A stretch of DNA of 64,000 bases, taken from the NCBI GenBank assembly GCA_027371535.1, contig DAHXMV010000001.1:253259-317258 (forward strand). Reading direction: 5' to 3'. The notes beneath the pieces are model-generated. The model saw nothing but the letters and a program-made list of their open reading frames with translations, did no database searches and was not told the origin of the DNA. Position numbers and translations under genes: made by a program. Origin of the DNA: Candidatus Amesbacteria bacterium. Lineage in GTDB: Bacteria > Patescibacteriota > Microgenomatia > CAZETR01 > Amesbacteraceae. This document shows, in pieces, positions 10,857-19,927 of the stretch; position 1 is the stretch's first letter; every line of letters starts with the position of its first letter.

Positions 10857-11351
10857 TTATCTGGTGACTTCAATAACATCTCCCAATTCAGCATGAGGAG
10901 CCTGAACCATGACCCGGCTGCTACCTGTCGCCACTGCAATCTCATAACCGGTGTTGTAACCCCCGGCTGCGGCACAATCGGTAACCGGAGAGCCGGTATT
11001 GTTTGAGCCAAACTGGGGATCGGTAGGAATTGCCGAGACGTAAGTAGGCATGATGAAGGAGCAGATATCTACACCTGTACTGGCAACCTCAGTGAAGGTA
11101 TTAGTGATTCCCGTCGGAAGCCGACCTTTGTTATCAGCAGAGTATTGGCCAACAGCATTAAGAATTGTCAAAATGTCACTGCGCCTCTTGGTATTGTTGC
11201 TCTGGGCAAACTGCCTGGCCGGATTGATAGCAATCAGAGTAATGGTTAATAAGACTGCCAAAATGCCGATAACTACAAGAAGCTCTATAAGGGTAAAACC
11301 ACGGGCGGTTCTAGGAAATTTGGGCATTAAAGATAATTTAGTGCATTGCAT
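10857..11351 (-). CDS. pilA: Type IV major pilin (prepilin)
   Basis: Class III signal peptide ...TARG|FTLIELLVVIGILAVL with Glu at +5, followed by a hydrophobic helix. The real start is probably an internal Met (MPKFPRTARG). Confidence 0.75.
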   Translation of the reverse strand: MQCTKLSLMPKFPRTARGFTLIELLVVIGILAVLLTITLIAINPARQFAQSNNTKRRSDILTILNAVGQYSADNKGRLPTGITNTFTEVASTGVDICSFIMPTYVSAIPTDPQFGSNNTGSPVTDCAAAGGYNTGYEIAVATGSSRVMVQAPHAELGDVIEVTR

Positions 11352-11360
11352 AAATGCTTG

Positions 11361-12419
11361 TCAAGGGGTAGATGCCCCCAAAATGACAGTAATATCAAAT
11401 TTGGCCTGTGGATCGGTCTGAATTTGAATATCAGGAAAGATATTTTTCACCTCATTCTCCACAAATCTGGCGGTGTCTGTGGCCACCTGTGAAGCAAAAA
11501 TCAAAGAAGAGCTTTGAACAGTCCTGGTATTATTGCCGGTCTGAATTTTGGTAAACCCCAGGGATTTAAATTTTTCGGAAACGGTAGCTGCCAGGCCGGC
11601 TCTACCGGAGGCATTTAGAATCTGCACGGTGGCGGATTCCAGAATTTGGGCTGTCGGCTGGGCAATTTCCGGGGTGGGAGTAATTTCCGGGGTGCTTGTC
11701 GGCAAAACCGGAATTTCCCTGATCACCTGGGCAGTTTTTCTGACAGGCTGGGGACGGCCAAAAGTCATATATAATGCCAAACCGCAGGTTAAAAGTATCA
11801 GAATGATCAGCACAATTACCAAAAGTTTATGGCTTTCCAGCATCACCTGTTCTTTTTCATGCAGCGAAGCCTGTGACATATCCTTGGCCCCAATAATACT
11901 GTTAACGATAATCTGATCCAGCTTGTGATAGATGTTTTTACAGGATTCGGCGGTAAATCCGGCTGCGGCATTCTGTCCCAAGGCAAAACCGGGAACCACG
12001 GCAATCAGAGAAAACCCCATATCTTCAAAGGAATTTTTCAGACCTTCATAAGAATCACGGTTTAAAACTACCTGTTTGAAGCCGCTGATGACATGAAATA
12101 ATTTGGAGCTGGTGGCAGAAAAAGGCACCGTGTCTTTAAAATTATCCTGATCTTCGGAAGTCGGAGGATTTTGGCCGGTATAGTTTTTTTCAAAATAAAC
12201 CGACTGGGAAAGAAACATTACCAGAGGTCCGGGTTTAATACGGTTCTGTTCTATAAAACTGCGCAGACCGACTACCAATTCCTGAGGATTGATGATCTCC
12301 AGATCAGAGAAAGCAGTCGGAGGGAAGGCATATACATAAGGGTCAAGATGCAGATTGGTACTCAGGCTGAGTTTGTTTCTCTCCACATAGACGATAGTCG
12401 GGGGGGCAGTTTTTTTCAT
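11361..12419 (-). CDS. Bitopic membrane protein with C-terminal LytR_C-like domain, within the pilus operon
   Basis: Cytoplasmic domain of about 200 aa, a single TM segment (LLVIVLIILILLTCGLALYMTF), a Pro/Thr linker, and a C-terminal VQILNASGRAGLAATVSEKFKSLGF...T.IQ...A pattern typical of LytR_C. Confidence 0.4.
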   Translation of the reverse strand: MKKTAPPTIVYVERNKLSLSTNLHLDPYVYAFPPTAFSDLEIINPQELVVGLRSFIEQNRIKPGPLVMFLSQSVYFEKNYTGQNPPTSEDQDNFKDTVPFSATSSKLFHVISGFKQVVLNRDSYEGLKNSFEDMGFSLIAVVPGFALGQNAAAGFTAESCKNIYHKLDQIIVNSIIGAKDMSQASLHEKEQVMLESHKLLVIVLIILILLTCGLALYMTFGRPQPVRKTAQVIREIPVLPTSTPEITPTPEIAQPTAQILESATVQILNASGRAGLAATVSEKFKSLGFTKIQTGNNTRTVQSSSLIFASQVATDTARFVENEVKNIFPDIQIQTDPQAKFDITVILGASTP

Positions 12420-12421
12420 AA

Positions 12422-12790
12422 TCAGGGATAAATTTCCTGCCAGGAATAAATAGTCAGCATATTTCCCACAAACCCGGCGGTAACTTTAATCGACCGAATA
12501 TAGTTGCCGACGCGAGCGGTGGAAATAATTGACGCACCCTGGCCCGTTGCAGATATTGTGGCAATTCCATCGCCGACTGTCAACGTCTCACCTGAATAAT
12601 AGGGGTCGCGAAGCAAACGCATAAGGGCATTTTCGATACCGCTCTCGGCCACCATATAGGCGTTTGTGGAAACTTCCAGACTGGTGGTAGACTTTTGAAT
12701 ACCTACAAAAATCATGGCTGCAGAAGTGGCTACCGTGATGGCGATCGCCATAAAAACCAATAAAATGACTAAAGCCTGGCCTTTTTTCAT
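12422..12790 (-). CDS. PilX-like / minor pilin-like protein
   Basis: N-terminal MKKGQALVILLVFMAIAITV hydrophobic anchor resembling PilX_N. Located inside the pilus operon. Confidence 0.4.
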   Translation of the reverse strand: MKKGQALVILLVFMAIAITVATSAAMIFVGIQKSTTSLEVSTNAYMVAESGIENALMRLLRDPYYSGETLTVGDGIATISATGQGASIISTARVGNYIRSIKVTAGFVGNMLTIYSWQEIYP

Positions 12791-13272
12791 CGGACGTCGA
12801 CTGTGGTGAGATAACTGCGGACGGCATTTTGACCGGTGGTGTCTTTGGCAAGGCTGGTGACAGTAAAACCGATTTGGACGCTGTTTTTACCTGAAATATT
12901 TCCCAGCCGGGTGACAGAAAAACCTGAAAATACAACGTCAAACGGAGACAAGTTGTAGGTCTTGACTCCCGTAGCCAGAGTCAGCACGCCGGCAGAAACT
13001 GCATAAGTGTAGCTGCTGCCGCCGATAGTTAATACCAGACTGGAGGCAGTATCACCAAGATTCACCGGTGTAGTTATACCTGTGGCCCGGCGGATATCGT
13101 ACTGCAACCTGCTGATTAAGTACTGACTGCTCTGGTCGACGCTGGTAGCGGCTTCAGATTTCAACTGGGAATCCAATACGGCCACTAAAATTCCGGCTAA
13201 AATTACCAGGAAGACTGAAATGATACCCATATAGATGAGCAATTCAATAATGGAAAAACCGCGCCGTTTCAT
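12787..13272 (-). CDS. Prepilin-type minor pilin (PilW/GspJ-like)
   Basis: MKRRG|FSIIELLIYMGII prepilin cleavage/methylation motif with Glu at +5. Confidence 0.6.
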   Translation of the reverse strand: MKRRGFSIIELLIYMGIISVFLVILAGILVAVLDSQLKSEAATSVDQSSQYLISRLQYDIRRATGITTPVNLGDTASSLVLTIGGSSYTYAVSAGVLTLATGVKTYNLSPFDVVFSGFSVTRLGNISGKNSVQIGFTVTSLAKDTTGQNAVRSYLTTVDVR

Positions 13273-15281
13273 GGTGAATAGTTAGCAGTCATATCATAAA
13301 AAATCGGGCTCTGGCTTTGGTCGGAAGAACTGAAAAAGACTTTATATCTGAAACACTGACCGGGATTGGTGTAAGTAGGAGCATAAGTGCCAAAAGGGAT
13401 GACCCCTGATATTGAAGCCTCAACGGGGGTAAAGTAAGCGGCGGGATCACCTCCCGGACCGACATAGGTAAAGGCAATATTATTGCAGGCGCCACCGATC
13501 GAAGCGGCCACACCGACCTGCATTTTGATACCGGTCTGCTTGGGTTGGGAAACTGAAGCGATAAAGCGATTAAAAGCGGTGGAATAACCGGCATTAAAAG
13601 CGAAAGATTCAAAACTGCCATTCAAAGATACACTGCCTCCCGGTCCTCCCTGGATTATCTGCAGTTCCTGACTGGCGGTATTAGTCAGAATATAGGCATA
13701 GGCACTGCCGTCATTTCGTAAAATACCGGCCACAGCATTTACGCTGGTGGCTCCATTGGGGTTGGTAAGGCCGCCGCACAAAGCCGGAGTGGCCTCGTTG
13801 ACAATGTTTAGGACCTGATATTGCTCCCCGCCGGAACCAACAATGATGGCATGATTACCGGATACCGTGATGACCCCCTTGGGATTCATTGCTCCGGAAT
13901 TGTAAGCACCCAGAGGTACCGGCAACGTGGCAATTTTACTCTCGGTATTGATAATGAAAAAGTCGTTTCTTTGAGGAGAGCCCTGGGAAGTGATCAAATA
14001 AGTGCGGGAGCCATCCGAGCTGACTGTCAAATCCACACCGTTTTGGGAATTACCCACATTAATCTGGGAAACCTTAGACATATTGGCGGGGTCGGTAATA
14101 TTGATAATATCCATCTGCTCGGTAGCGCTAGATACGGCAACATAGGCATAATTTCCATTTATAAATACCCTCTGACCCGTTCCGCCCAGCTGCACCTGTC
14201 CTAACTGAGGACGGGCACCGTTTTTGGAAGACAAATCAATAGCGTATAAATAGCTTCCCGCTGTGACGTAACCGACTTCATAGTTCTGATGGGCATTAAA
14301 GGCAGTGATGACCGTATTACCCTGTCCGCCTCCTGATGCACTAAATGTACCCACTTCGGAGTATGGCTGGGAAGAAACCTGAACGATATCGACTGTCATA
14401 CCGGGGTGATCCGAGGTCAGATAAACATATTTATTGGCAACATCGACATAAATACCGTAAGTTTTAAAATAATTGTACATTCCGGAATAACTGGCAATGG
14501 GCGGATTGTCGTGAGAAATCATCATGGCATCCATGGAATCACCGGAGGAGTTGCCGCCGGTTGTGGTATAGGCATAGTCCATGGCGGCCGAAGTCGTAGC
14601 TGAAATAGCCGTGGTAATCCCCTGTCCCGGCAGATCCAGCGGGGCAATAGTTAAATTGGGAGCACACCAATCCGATAAACCTCCTGCTCCCAACTGGACC
14701 TGTCCGTCATCGGGAACACCGGTTCCCGTGGTCGCGACTACGGCAGTGCCGCTTTGGGTACCGGCCTTAAAATCCGTCTGGGTAGTCTGTAAATATGCGT
14801 CATTATCCAGATAACGGGTCATATATGTGGTGACCGAGACATTGCCCGAATATGGAACCGACCAGGAGACTGTATGGGTGACTTTTTTGGTCGAGGGATC
14901 GATTTGGCCTCCGGAGCTGACAATTTTTCCGGTACTGTCACGGGACACATCAGAAATAGTCAGTGACCGGGTAAAATCTCCGATAGTCTGGGTACCTGCC
15001 ATCAGCACCCAACCGCCGGCCTGGGTAGCCGGATAATAGGTACCGTCCACAGCAAATGTAGTCCATTTTTTTTCCCGGACCACGCGGACCGCTTCTAACG
15101 ATTCATTTAATAAAGTCAAGGCATTCTGACGCTGGTTTAACTGAACCTGCCCCTGGCGGGAAGCTAAAAGACCTAAATAAATAGCCGGAATAATCAGGGC
15201 GGAGATGCCTAAAGCCACTAAAATTTCCACCAAGGACTGGCCGGCACTAAACCTATTAATCAACTGCTTGCACCACTCCAT
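13269..15281 (-). CDS. Large (670 aa) prepilin-type protein, putative minor pilin/tip-associated adhesin
   Basis: N-terminal ...FSAG|QSLVEILVALGISALII (Glu at +5; +1 is Gln instead of Phe). Long Ser/Thr/Gly-rich body with repeated Y-x-Y-V/L beta-strand-like segments. Confidence 0.55.
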   Translation of the reverse strand: MEWCKQLINRFSAGQSLVEILVALGISALIIPAIYLGLLASRQGQVQLNQRQNALTLLNESLEAVRVVREKKWTTFAVDGTYYPATQAGGWVLMAGTQTIGDFTRSLTISDVSRDSTGKIVSSGGQIDPSTKKVTHTVSWSVPYSGNVSVTTYMTRYLDNDAYLQTTQTDFKAGTQSGTAVVATTGTGVPDDGQVQLGAGGLSDWCAPNLTIAPLDLPGQGITTAISATTSAAMDYAYTTTGGNSSGDSMDAMMISHDNPPIASYSGMYNYFKTYGIYVDVANKYVYLTSDHPGMTVDIVQVSSQPYSEVGTFSASGGGQGNTVITAFNAHQNYEVGYVTAGSYLYAIDLSSKNGARPQLGQVQLGGTGQRVFINGNYAYVAVSSATEQMDIINITDPANMSKVSQINVGNSQNGVDLTVSSDGSRTYLITSQGSPQRNDFFIINTESKIATLPVPLGAYNSGAMNPKGVITVSGNHAIIVGSGGEQYQVLNIVNEATPALCGGLTNPNGATSVNAVAGILRNDGSAYAYILTNTASQELQIIQGGPGGSVSLNGSFESFAFNAGYSTAFNRFIASVSQPKQTGIKMQVGVAASIGGACNNIAFTYVGPGGDPAAYFTPVEASISGVIPFGTYAPTYTNPGQCFRYKVFFSSSDQSQSPIFYDMTANYSP

Positions 15282-15729
15282 ATTTATTAACGGTAATAAC
15301 CCGGGAAACCTGGGACTGGATATCAGTTAAGGTAAGAGAGTATGAGTCAGAGGTAAAATTGCCGGCTTCACCCGAACCGCGGGCAAATACGATCTGGGAA
15401 GAGGGAAAATTGGTGGCCGTAAACTCAAACTGCGGATCCAATATGACCACCACATTACCGGAATCCTGTGCAGAGTAGGTCTGCCCCCGAAAAAGAGTGT
15501 AACGATCGGTCTGAAAATAAATACCGGCGGAAGTGGCAGTTGCCGCTGTTTCAGTGTCCCCCAGCATAGATTTTATTTGCTGATTCCGAAGATCCGAAAT
15601 AAGCAATGATCCGGCAGAGTCAATCTCTGTCTGGCGCTGATTTTGGGTCAGGCTGGGAACCGAAAAAGCCAGTAAGGAAAACAAAATTCCCAAGACGACG
15701 ATTAATTCCACCAGAGTGAAACCACGCAT
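15256..15729 (-). CDS. Prepilin-type minor pilin (GspH/FimT-like)
   Basis: MRG|FTLVELIVVLGILFSLLAF canonical class III signal peptide. Confidence 0.65.
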   Translation of the reverse strand: MRGFTLVELIVVLGILFSLLAFSVPSLTQNQRQTEIDSAGSLLISDLRNQQIKSMLGDTETAATATSAGIYFQTDRYTLFRGQTYSAQDSGNVVVILDPQFEFTATNFPSSQIVFARGSGEAGNFTSDSYSLTLTDIQSQVSRVITVNKYGVVQAVD

Positions 15730-15731
15730 GA

Positions 15732-16790
15732 TCAGTGCCCCCCGATTTGACTAATAAGCCCATAAATAGGAGCAATAATTGAAACCATCATGCCGCCGAC
15801 ACCGACCGCGACGAAAAGCAAAAGTACGGGTTCCAGCAAGGCAGTGAGATTTTTTAATGCCAGGGAAACCTGATAATCCAGGAATTCGGAGATATCCAAC
15901 AGAGATTTGTCCAAAGTGCCGCTTTTTTCACCGGCTTCGATCAGTCTCACCATAATGGAAGGGATAACTCCCGGGGTGGACTTCAAACCATCCGAGAAAC
16001 GTTTACCGGACATAATCATTTCCTTGCATTTTTTAATTAACAGGGCCGTTTTACGGCGGACTACCACATCCTGGGATAACTCCAGGGCGGTGGTAATCGG
16101 CAGACCGGTAGACAACAGCAGGTACAAATTCCGGGAGAAACGGGTAAGGTCTATCTGACGAACCAATTCGGAGACTACCGGTAAAGAAGTCACCAGATTA
16201 ACCAGCAGCTGGCGCTGGCGTTTGATCAGGTAAAAGGCGATGCTTAATGTCATCAACACACCGCTGACCACATACCAGGTTTTTTTGATAATCAGATCCG
16301 AAACAGTAATCATGATCTGAGTCGGCAAAGGCAAGGAAACATGCAGGCTTTTAAAAACCACCGAAATTTTGGGGATAACGAAGATAAGGATGATGAGCAT
16401 TACGCCGGCAAAAACCACCATGATAACGACCGGATAAATCAGGGCACCTTTAATTTTGTCTGAAAATTCCATATCTTTTTGGATATGAACCCGCAGATCC
16501 GCCAGGGTGGTTTCCAAATTACCGGATTCCTCGGAAGCTTTAATTAAGCTTACTGTTACGGGATCAAAAGCGTCCGGAAAATTTGACAGGCTCTGGTAAA
16601 TCCGCTTACCCTGCATAAGGTCGGTACGCAAGTTTTCCAGGATTTTGCGCTGGCTGCCCTTGGCGTCTTCCAGTAAAGAATCGACCACTTCAATGATCGG
16701 AATACCGGATTTGAGCATGGTGGAAAGATTGGTGATCAGGCTGATCTTATCGTTGCCGCTTAGGGTGATATGGGAAACTTTTCCGGCCAT
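15732..16790 (-). CDS. pilC: Type IV pilus inner-membrane platform protein PilC (GspF family)
   Basis: GspF-family repeats and TM segments. Positioned between pilB and the pseudopilin genes. Confidence 0.8.
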   Translation of the reverse strand: MAGKVSHITLSGNDKISLITNLSTMLKSGIPIIEVVDSLLEDAKGSQRKILENLRTDLMQGKRIYQSLSNFPDAFDPVTVSLIKASEESGNLETTLADLRVHIQKDMEFSDKIKGALIYPVVIMVVFAGVMLIILIFVIPKISVVFKSLHVSLPLPTQIMITVSDLIIKKTWYVVSGVLMTLSIAFYLIKRQRQLLVNLVTSLPVVSELVRQIDLTRFSRNLYLLLSTGLPITTALELSQDVVVRRKTALLIKKCKEMIMSGKRFSDGLKSTPGVIPSIMVRLIEAGEKSGTLDKSLLDISEFLDYQVSLALKNLTALLEPVLLLFVAVGVGGMMVSIIAPIYGLISQIGGH

Positions 16791-16796
16791 AATTTT

Positions 16797-18482
16797 TCAG
16801 GATACAAATTCGGACTTAGCAACGCGCAAAACTTCCTCGATGCTGGTAACCCCGTCCCTGACTTTAATCAGGCCGTCCTCAAACATGCTGCGCATACCTT
16901 CGTTCATGGCAGCCTTGGCAATTATTTCCGAATCAGCCCTTTCGGTAATCAGCTTCCGGATATTTTTAGAAACCTCCAAAACCTCAAACAGACCTACCCG
17001 GCCCATATAGCCGGTATTCCTGCAAATTTTGCAGCCCTGACCTTTCTGGATGATGAATTCCTTGCCGCTGCCAAAAACCCGCTTGACCAGTTCTGCAGGA
17101 AAATTTCTTATCAATTCGTCGTGAGTCAGGGTAGTTTTGACTTTGCACTGAGAACAGGTCTGGCGCACCAGACGCTGGGCGATAATAATATTCAAGGTCG
17201 AAGCTACCAAAAACGGTTCAACGCCCATATCCGATAACCTGGGGATGGCTGTAGCGGCATCATTTGTGTGCAGGGTGGATAAAACCAAATGACCGGTCAG
17301 GGCGGCATTGACAGCAATTCCTGCCGTTTCGTCATCACGGATTTCACCCACAAAAATGATATTCGGGTCCTGACGGAGAATGGATCTTAAGCCATTGGCA
17401 AAAGTGAGATTGGTTTTGACGTTGACCTGGATCTGATTGGCGCCTTTGATCCGGTATTCGACCGGATCCTCTACAGTAGTGATATTTTTTTCGCGGGTAT
17501 TCAAAACCTTGAGAATGGAGTAAATGGAAGTCGTCTTACCGCTGCCGGTCGGACCGGTCGACAAAATCATACCGTAGGATTTGGAATAGGCGGACTCCAC
17601 TTTCTGCAGATCCGCCTCGTTCATACCCAGGGTTTGGAAGTTATAAGACCTGGACTGGGTAGATAAAAGCCGGAGCACGGCTTTTTCCCCCTGAACCACC
17701 GGGACTATGGAAACCCGGATGTCCAGCCTTTCCTCTTCCAGATCAACCCGCATTTTACCGTCCTGGGCACTCAGGTGTTCATCGGTTCTTAAACTGGACA
17801 GGACTTTCAAGCGGGTGATAATCCGGTCATGGAGAATTTTGGGCGCCGAAAGCGCATCGCGGAGAATACCGTCGACCCGAAAACGGGTGAGGGTCGAATT
17901 TTCCTGGGGTTCGATGTGGATATCCGAAGCTCTTTCCTGGTAGGCCGTATCGATTAACAAATCGACAATTTTGGCGACGGGAGGATCTTCAAGGGCATTA
18001 TTACTGGCCCAGATATCCTGCTTTAAAAGATCATCGATGGCTTTCTGCAAATCTTTTTCATAAGCTCTTAAGGCGTTGGTAATTTCGGTGGACAGGGCAA
18101 AATAGACTTCTATTTTTGACCCGGTTTTTTTGGCCAGAGCAGTCAACAAATCAGTACGATCAGGGCTTAACATGGCTACTTTTATGGCTTCCGGTCCCCT
18201 TTCAAAAGGAATGATTTTGTGTTTCCTGGCAAATCTTTCCGGAATGATGTTGATGACTTCCTGGGGAATATTTAACTGGGAAAGAAAAACCACCGGCACT
18301 TTGTAGTATTCTCCGATCAGCCCGGCCAATTTATCCTGCGGAATAGCTTCTTTCTGGAGCAGGGCCTTATCCAAAGTGAGTTCGGAATTGACGGCAAAAC
18401 GGGAGATATCGTTTAATTTGGCTTCATCAATGAGATTGGCATTAAGAAGCAGAGCACGCAGCTGGTCATCGGGCAGGGCCAT
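16797..18482 (-). CDS. pilB: Type IV pilus assembly ATPase PilB (GspE family)
   Basis: N-terminal GspE-N-like domain, Walker A LSTGPTGSGKTTS, Asp box, His box, and a CxxC...CxxC tetracysteine motif (CSQC...CKIC). Confidence 0.9.
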   Translation of the reverse strand: MALPDDQLRALLLNANLIDEAKLNDISRFAVNSELTLDKALLQKEAIPQDKLAGLIGEYYKVPVVFLSQLNIPQEVINIIPERFARKHKIIPFERGPEAIKVAMLSPDRTDLLTALAKKTGSKIEVYFALSTEITNALRAYEKDLQKAIDDLLKQDIWASNNALEDPPVAKIVDLLIDTAYQERASDIHIEPQENSTLTRFRVDGILRDALSAPKILHDRIITRLKVLSSLRTDEHLSAQDGKMRVDLEEERLDIRVSIVPVVQGEKAVLRLLSTQSRSYNFQTLGMNEADLQKVESAYSKSYGMILSTGPTGSGKTTSIYSILKVLNTREKNITTVEDPVEYRIKGANQIQVNVKTNLTFANGLRSILRQDPNIIFVGEIRDDETAGIAVNAALTGHLVLSTLHTNDAATAIPRLSDMGVEPFLVASTLNIIIAQRLVRQTCSQCKVKTTLTHDELIRNFPAELVKRVFGSGKEFIIQKGQGCKICRNTGYMGRVGLFEVLEVSKNIRKLITERADSEIIAKAAMNEGMRSMFEDGLIKVRDGVTSIEEVLRVAKSEFVS

Positions 18483-18580
18483 ACAACAATATTAAGAGTA
18501 TAAATCTCAAATTACAAATCCCAATAACCAAATAAATTCCCATCCCATATCCAAGCCAAAGAGAAAGCAGTAAAAAGCTT

Positions 18581-19042
18581 TCAGGTGCCGATCTTGACCA
18601 GTTTGGCAGTATAGATGATCTGGCGGACAGTGCCGTCGGGGGTCTCAAATGAAGTGGTACCGGATTCCCTGGCGTAATCCTGAAGATAACCGGAAAGCTC
18701 TTCGTTCAAATCCTTAACGTGCCCCCGTAAATCCTGAATTTTGCCGGAAAGATCAGCCGCCTGGGGCATTTTTAAAATCTGTTTTTTGGTGTTGGCCCGG
18801 ACTTTGGAAGCTTCCCTGACGGCTTTATCATGCTCCTGGTAAGTAGAGTCGTTGGTGAAAATGTCATCCAGCATTTCCTTGAGCTTATTCAGTTCGATTT
18901 TAAGATTCTCGATAGTGGTGAGGTGTGAGTTAATCAAACCGGTAAGATCAACTACGGCCGTGGGGTTGGCGGAAGCTGAAGGTGTGGCCGGGACTATCTC
19001 ACCTTCGATAATATTATCCCGGCTTTTATCCTCAATGATCAT
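18581..19042 (-). CDS. Hypothetical coiled-coil protein upstream of pilB
   Basis: 153 aa with heptad-like charged/hydrophobic periodicity (LKIELNKLKEMLDD...). No recognisable domain. Confidence 0.35.
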   Translation of the reverse strand: MIIEDKSRDNIIEGEIVPATPSASANPTAVVDLTGLINSHLTTIENLKIELNKLKEMLDDIFTNDSTYQEHDKAVREASKVRANTKKQILKMPQAADLSGKIQDLRGHVKDLNEELSGYLQDYARESGTTSFETPDGTVRQIIYTAKLVKIGT

Positions 19043-19086
19043 GCCCTGTTAATCTAATATAAAGAAGCTAAAATCACAAGAGAGAA

Positions 19087-19926
19087 ATGGACACCAATAA
19101 CCAAGTTGTAAAATATTACCAAAATCCGGAATCCAGACTTGGATATACAATTTTTACCTGGGATACCAAACATTTCGGATATTATCCCGACCGGAAGCCT
19201 AATATAACCGAAAAAACAGCCCAAAGACTGATGATGGATCTGGTAGCCGAAAAACTGGAAATGAAAGCAGGTGAACGGGTCCTGGATGCAGGTTGCGGCC
19301 GGGGAACCACGAGCTGTTTTCTGGCGGAAAAATACGGAGCGGAAATAACCGGAATCGACATCGTACCTTTTGAGCTAGAAATAGCTAAGAAAAAAGCCGC
19401 TAAATTAATAAATTCAGGGAAAATCAGGTTTATGAGGCAGGATTATTCACATACAGATTTTGCGAATTCGATGTTTGATAAAATTTTCACTTTGGAAACT
19501 CTGGTACATTCTGAAAATGCGGCGAAAACCCTTCGGGAATTTCACAGACTGCTTAAACCGGAAGGCAAATTGGCTTTATTTGAATATTCAGTTTCCCCGC
19601 CTGATGAATTTCTGCATGAAGAAAGAAAATTATTTAAATTGATTTGTAAAGGATCAGCTATGAACAGTTTACCGGTAATGGAACACGACCATCTTGCCCG
19701 TCTGGTTACCATTTCCGGTTTTAGAGTTATATCTGATACAGATATAACCGGTAATATGCTACCTTCCCTGGAACGTTTTTATAAATACGCCTATTTACCA
19801 TATCAAATAATTAAACGGTTGGGACTGAGAGAGAAATTTGTGAATACGACTGCCGGAGTAGAATTTTATAAAATGGGTAAAAAAGGATTGATAAGATACC
19901 GGATAATTATTGCCGGGAAAAAATAG
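19087..19926 (+). CDS. Class I SAM-dependent methyltransferase
   Basis: Motif I VLDAGCGRGTTS, motif II-like D(I)V, and motif post-I/III. Sterol/cyclopropane-fatty-acid-synthase-like architecture. Confidence 0.75.
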   Translation: MDTNNQVVKYYQNPESRLGYTIFTWDTKHFGYYPDRKPNITEKTAQRLMMDLVAEKLEMKAGERVLDAGCGRGTTSCFLAEKYGAEITGIDIVPFELEIAKKKAAKLINSGKIRFMRQDYSHTDFANSMFDKIFTLETLVHSENAAKTLREFHRLLKPEGKLALFEYSVSPPDEFLHEERKLFKLICKGSAMNSLPVMEHDHLARLVTISGFRVISDTDITGNMLPSLERFYKYAYLPYQIIKRLGLREKFVNTTAGVEFYKMGKKGLIRYRIIIAGKK

Positions 19927-19927
19927 T

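Noticed and set aside
13289-15036. Several ORFs antisense or out of frame within the 670-aa prepilin gene (13289..13621, 13821..14204, 14406..14603, 14581..14814, 14827..15036)
   Set aside because: They are nested in a strongly supported CDS and lack motifs.
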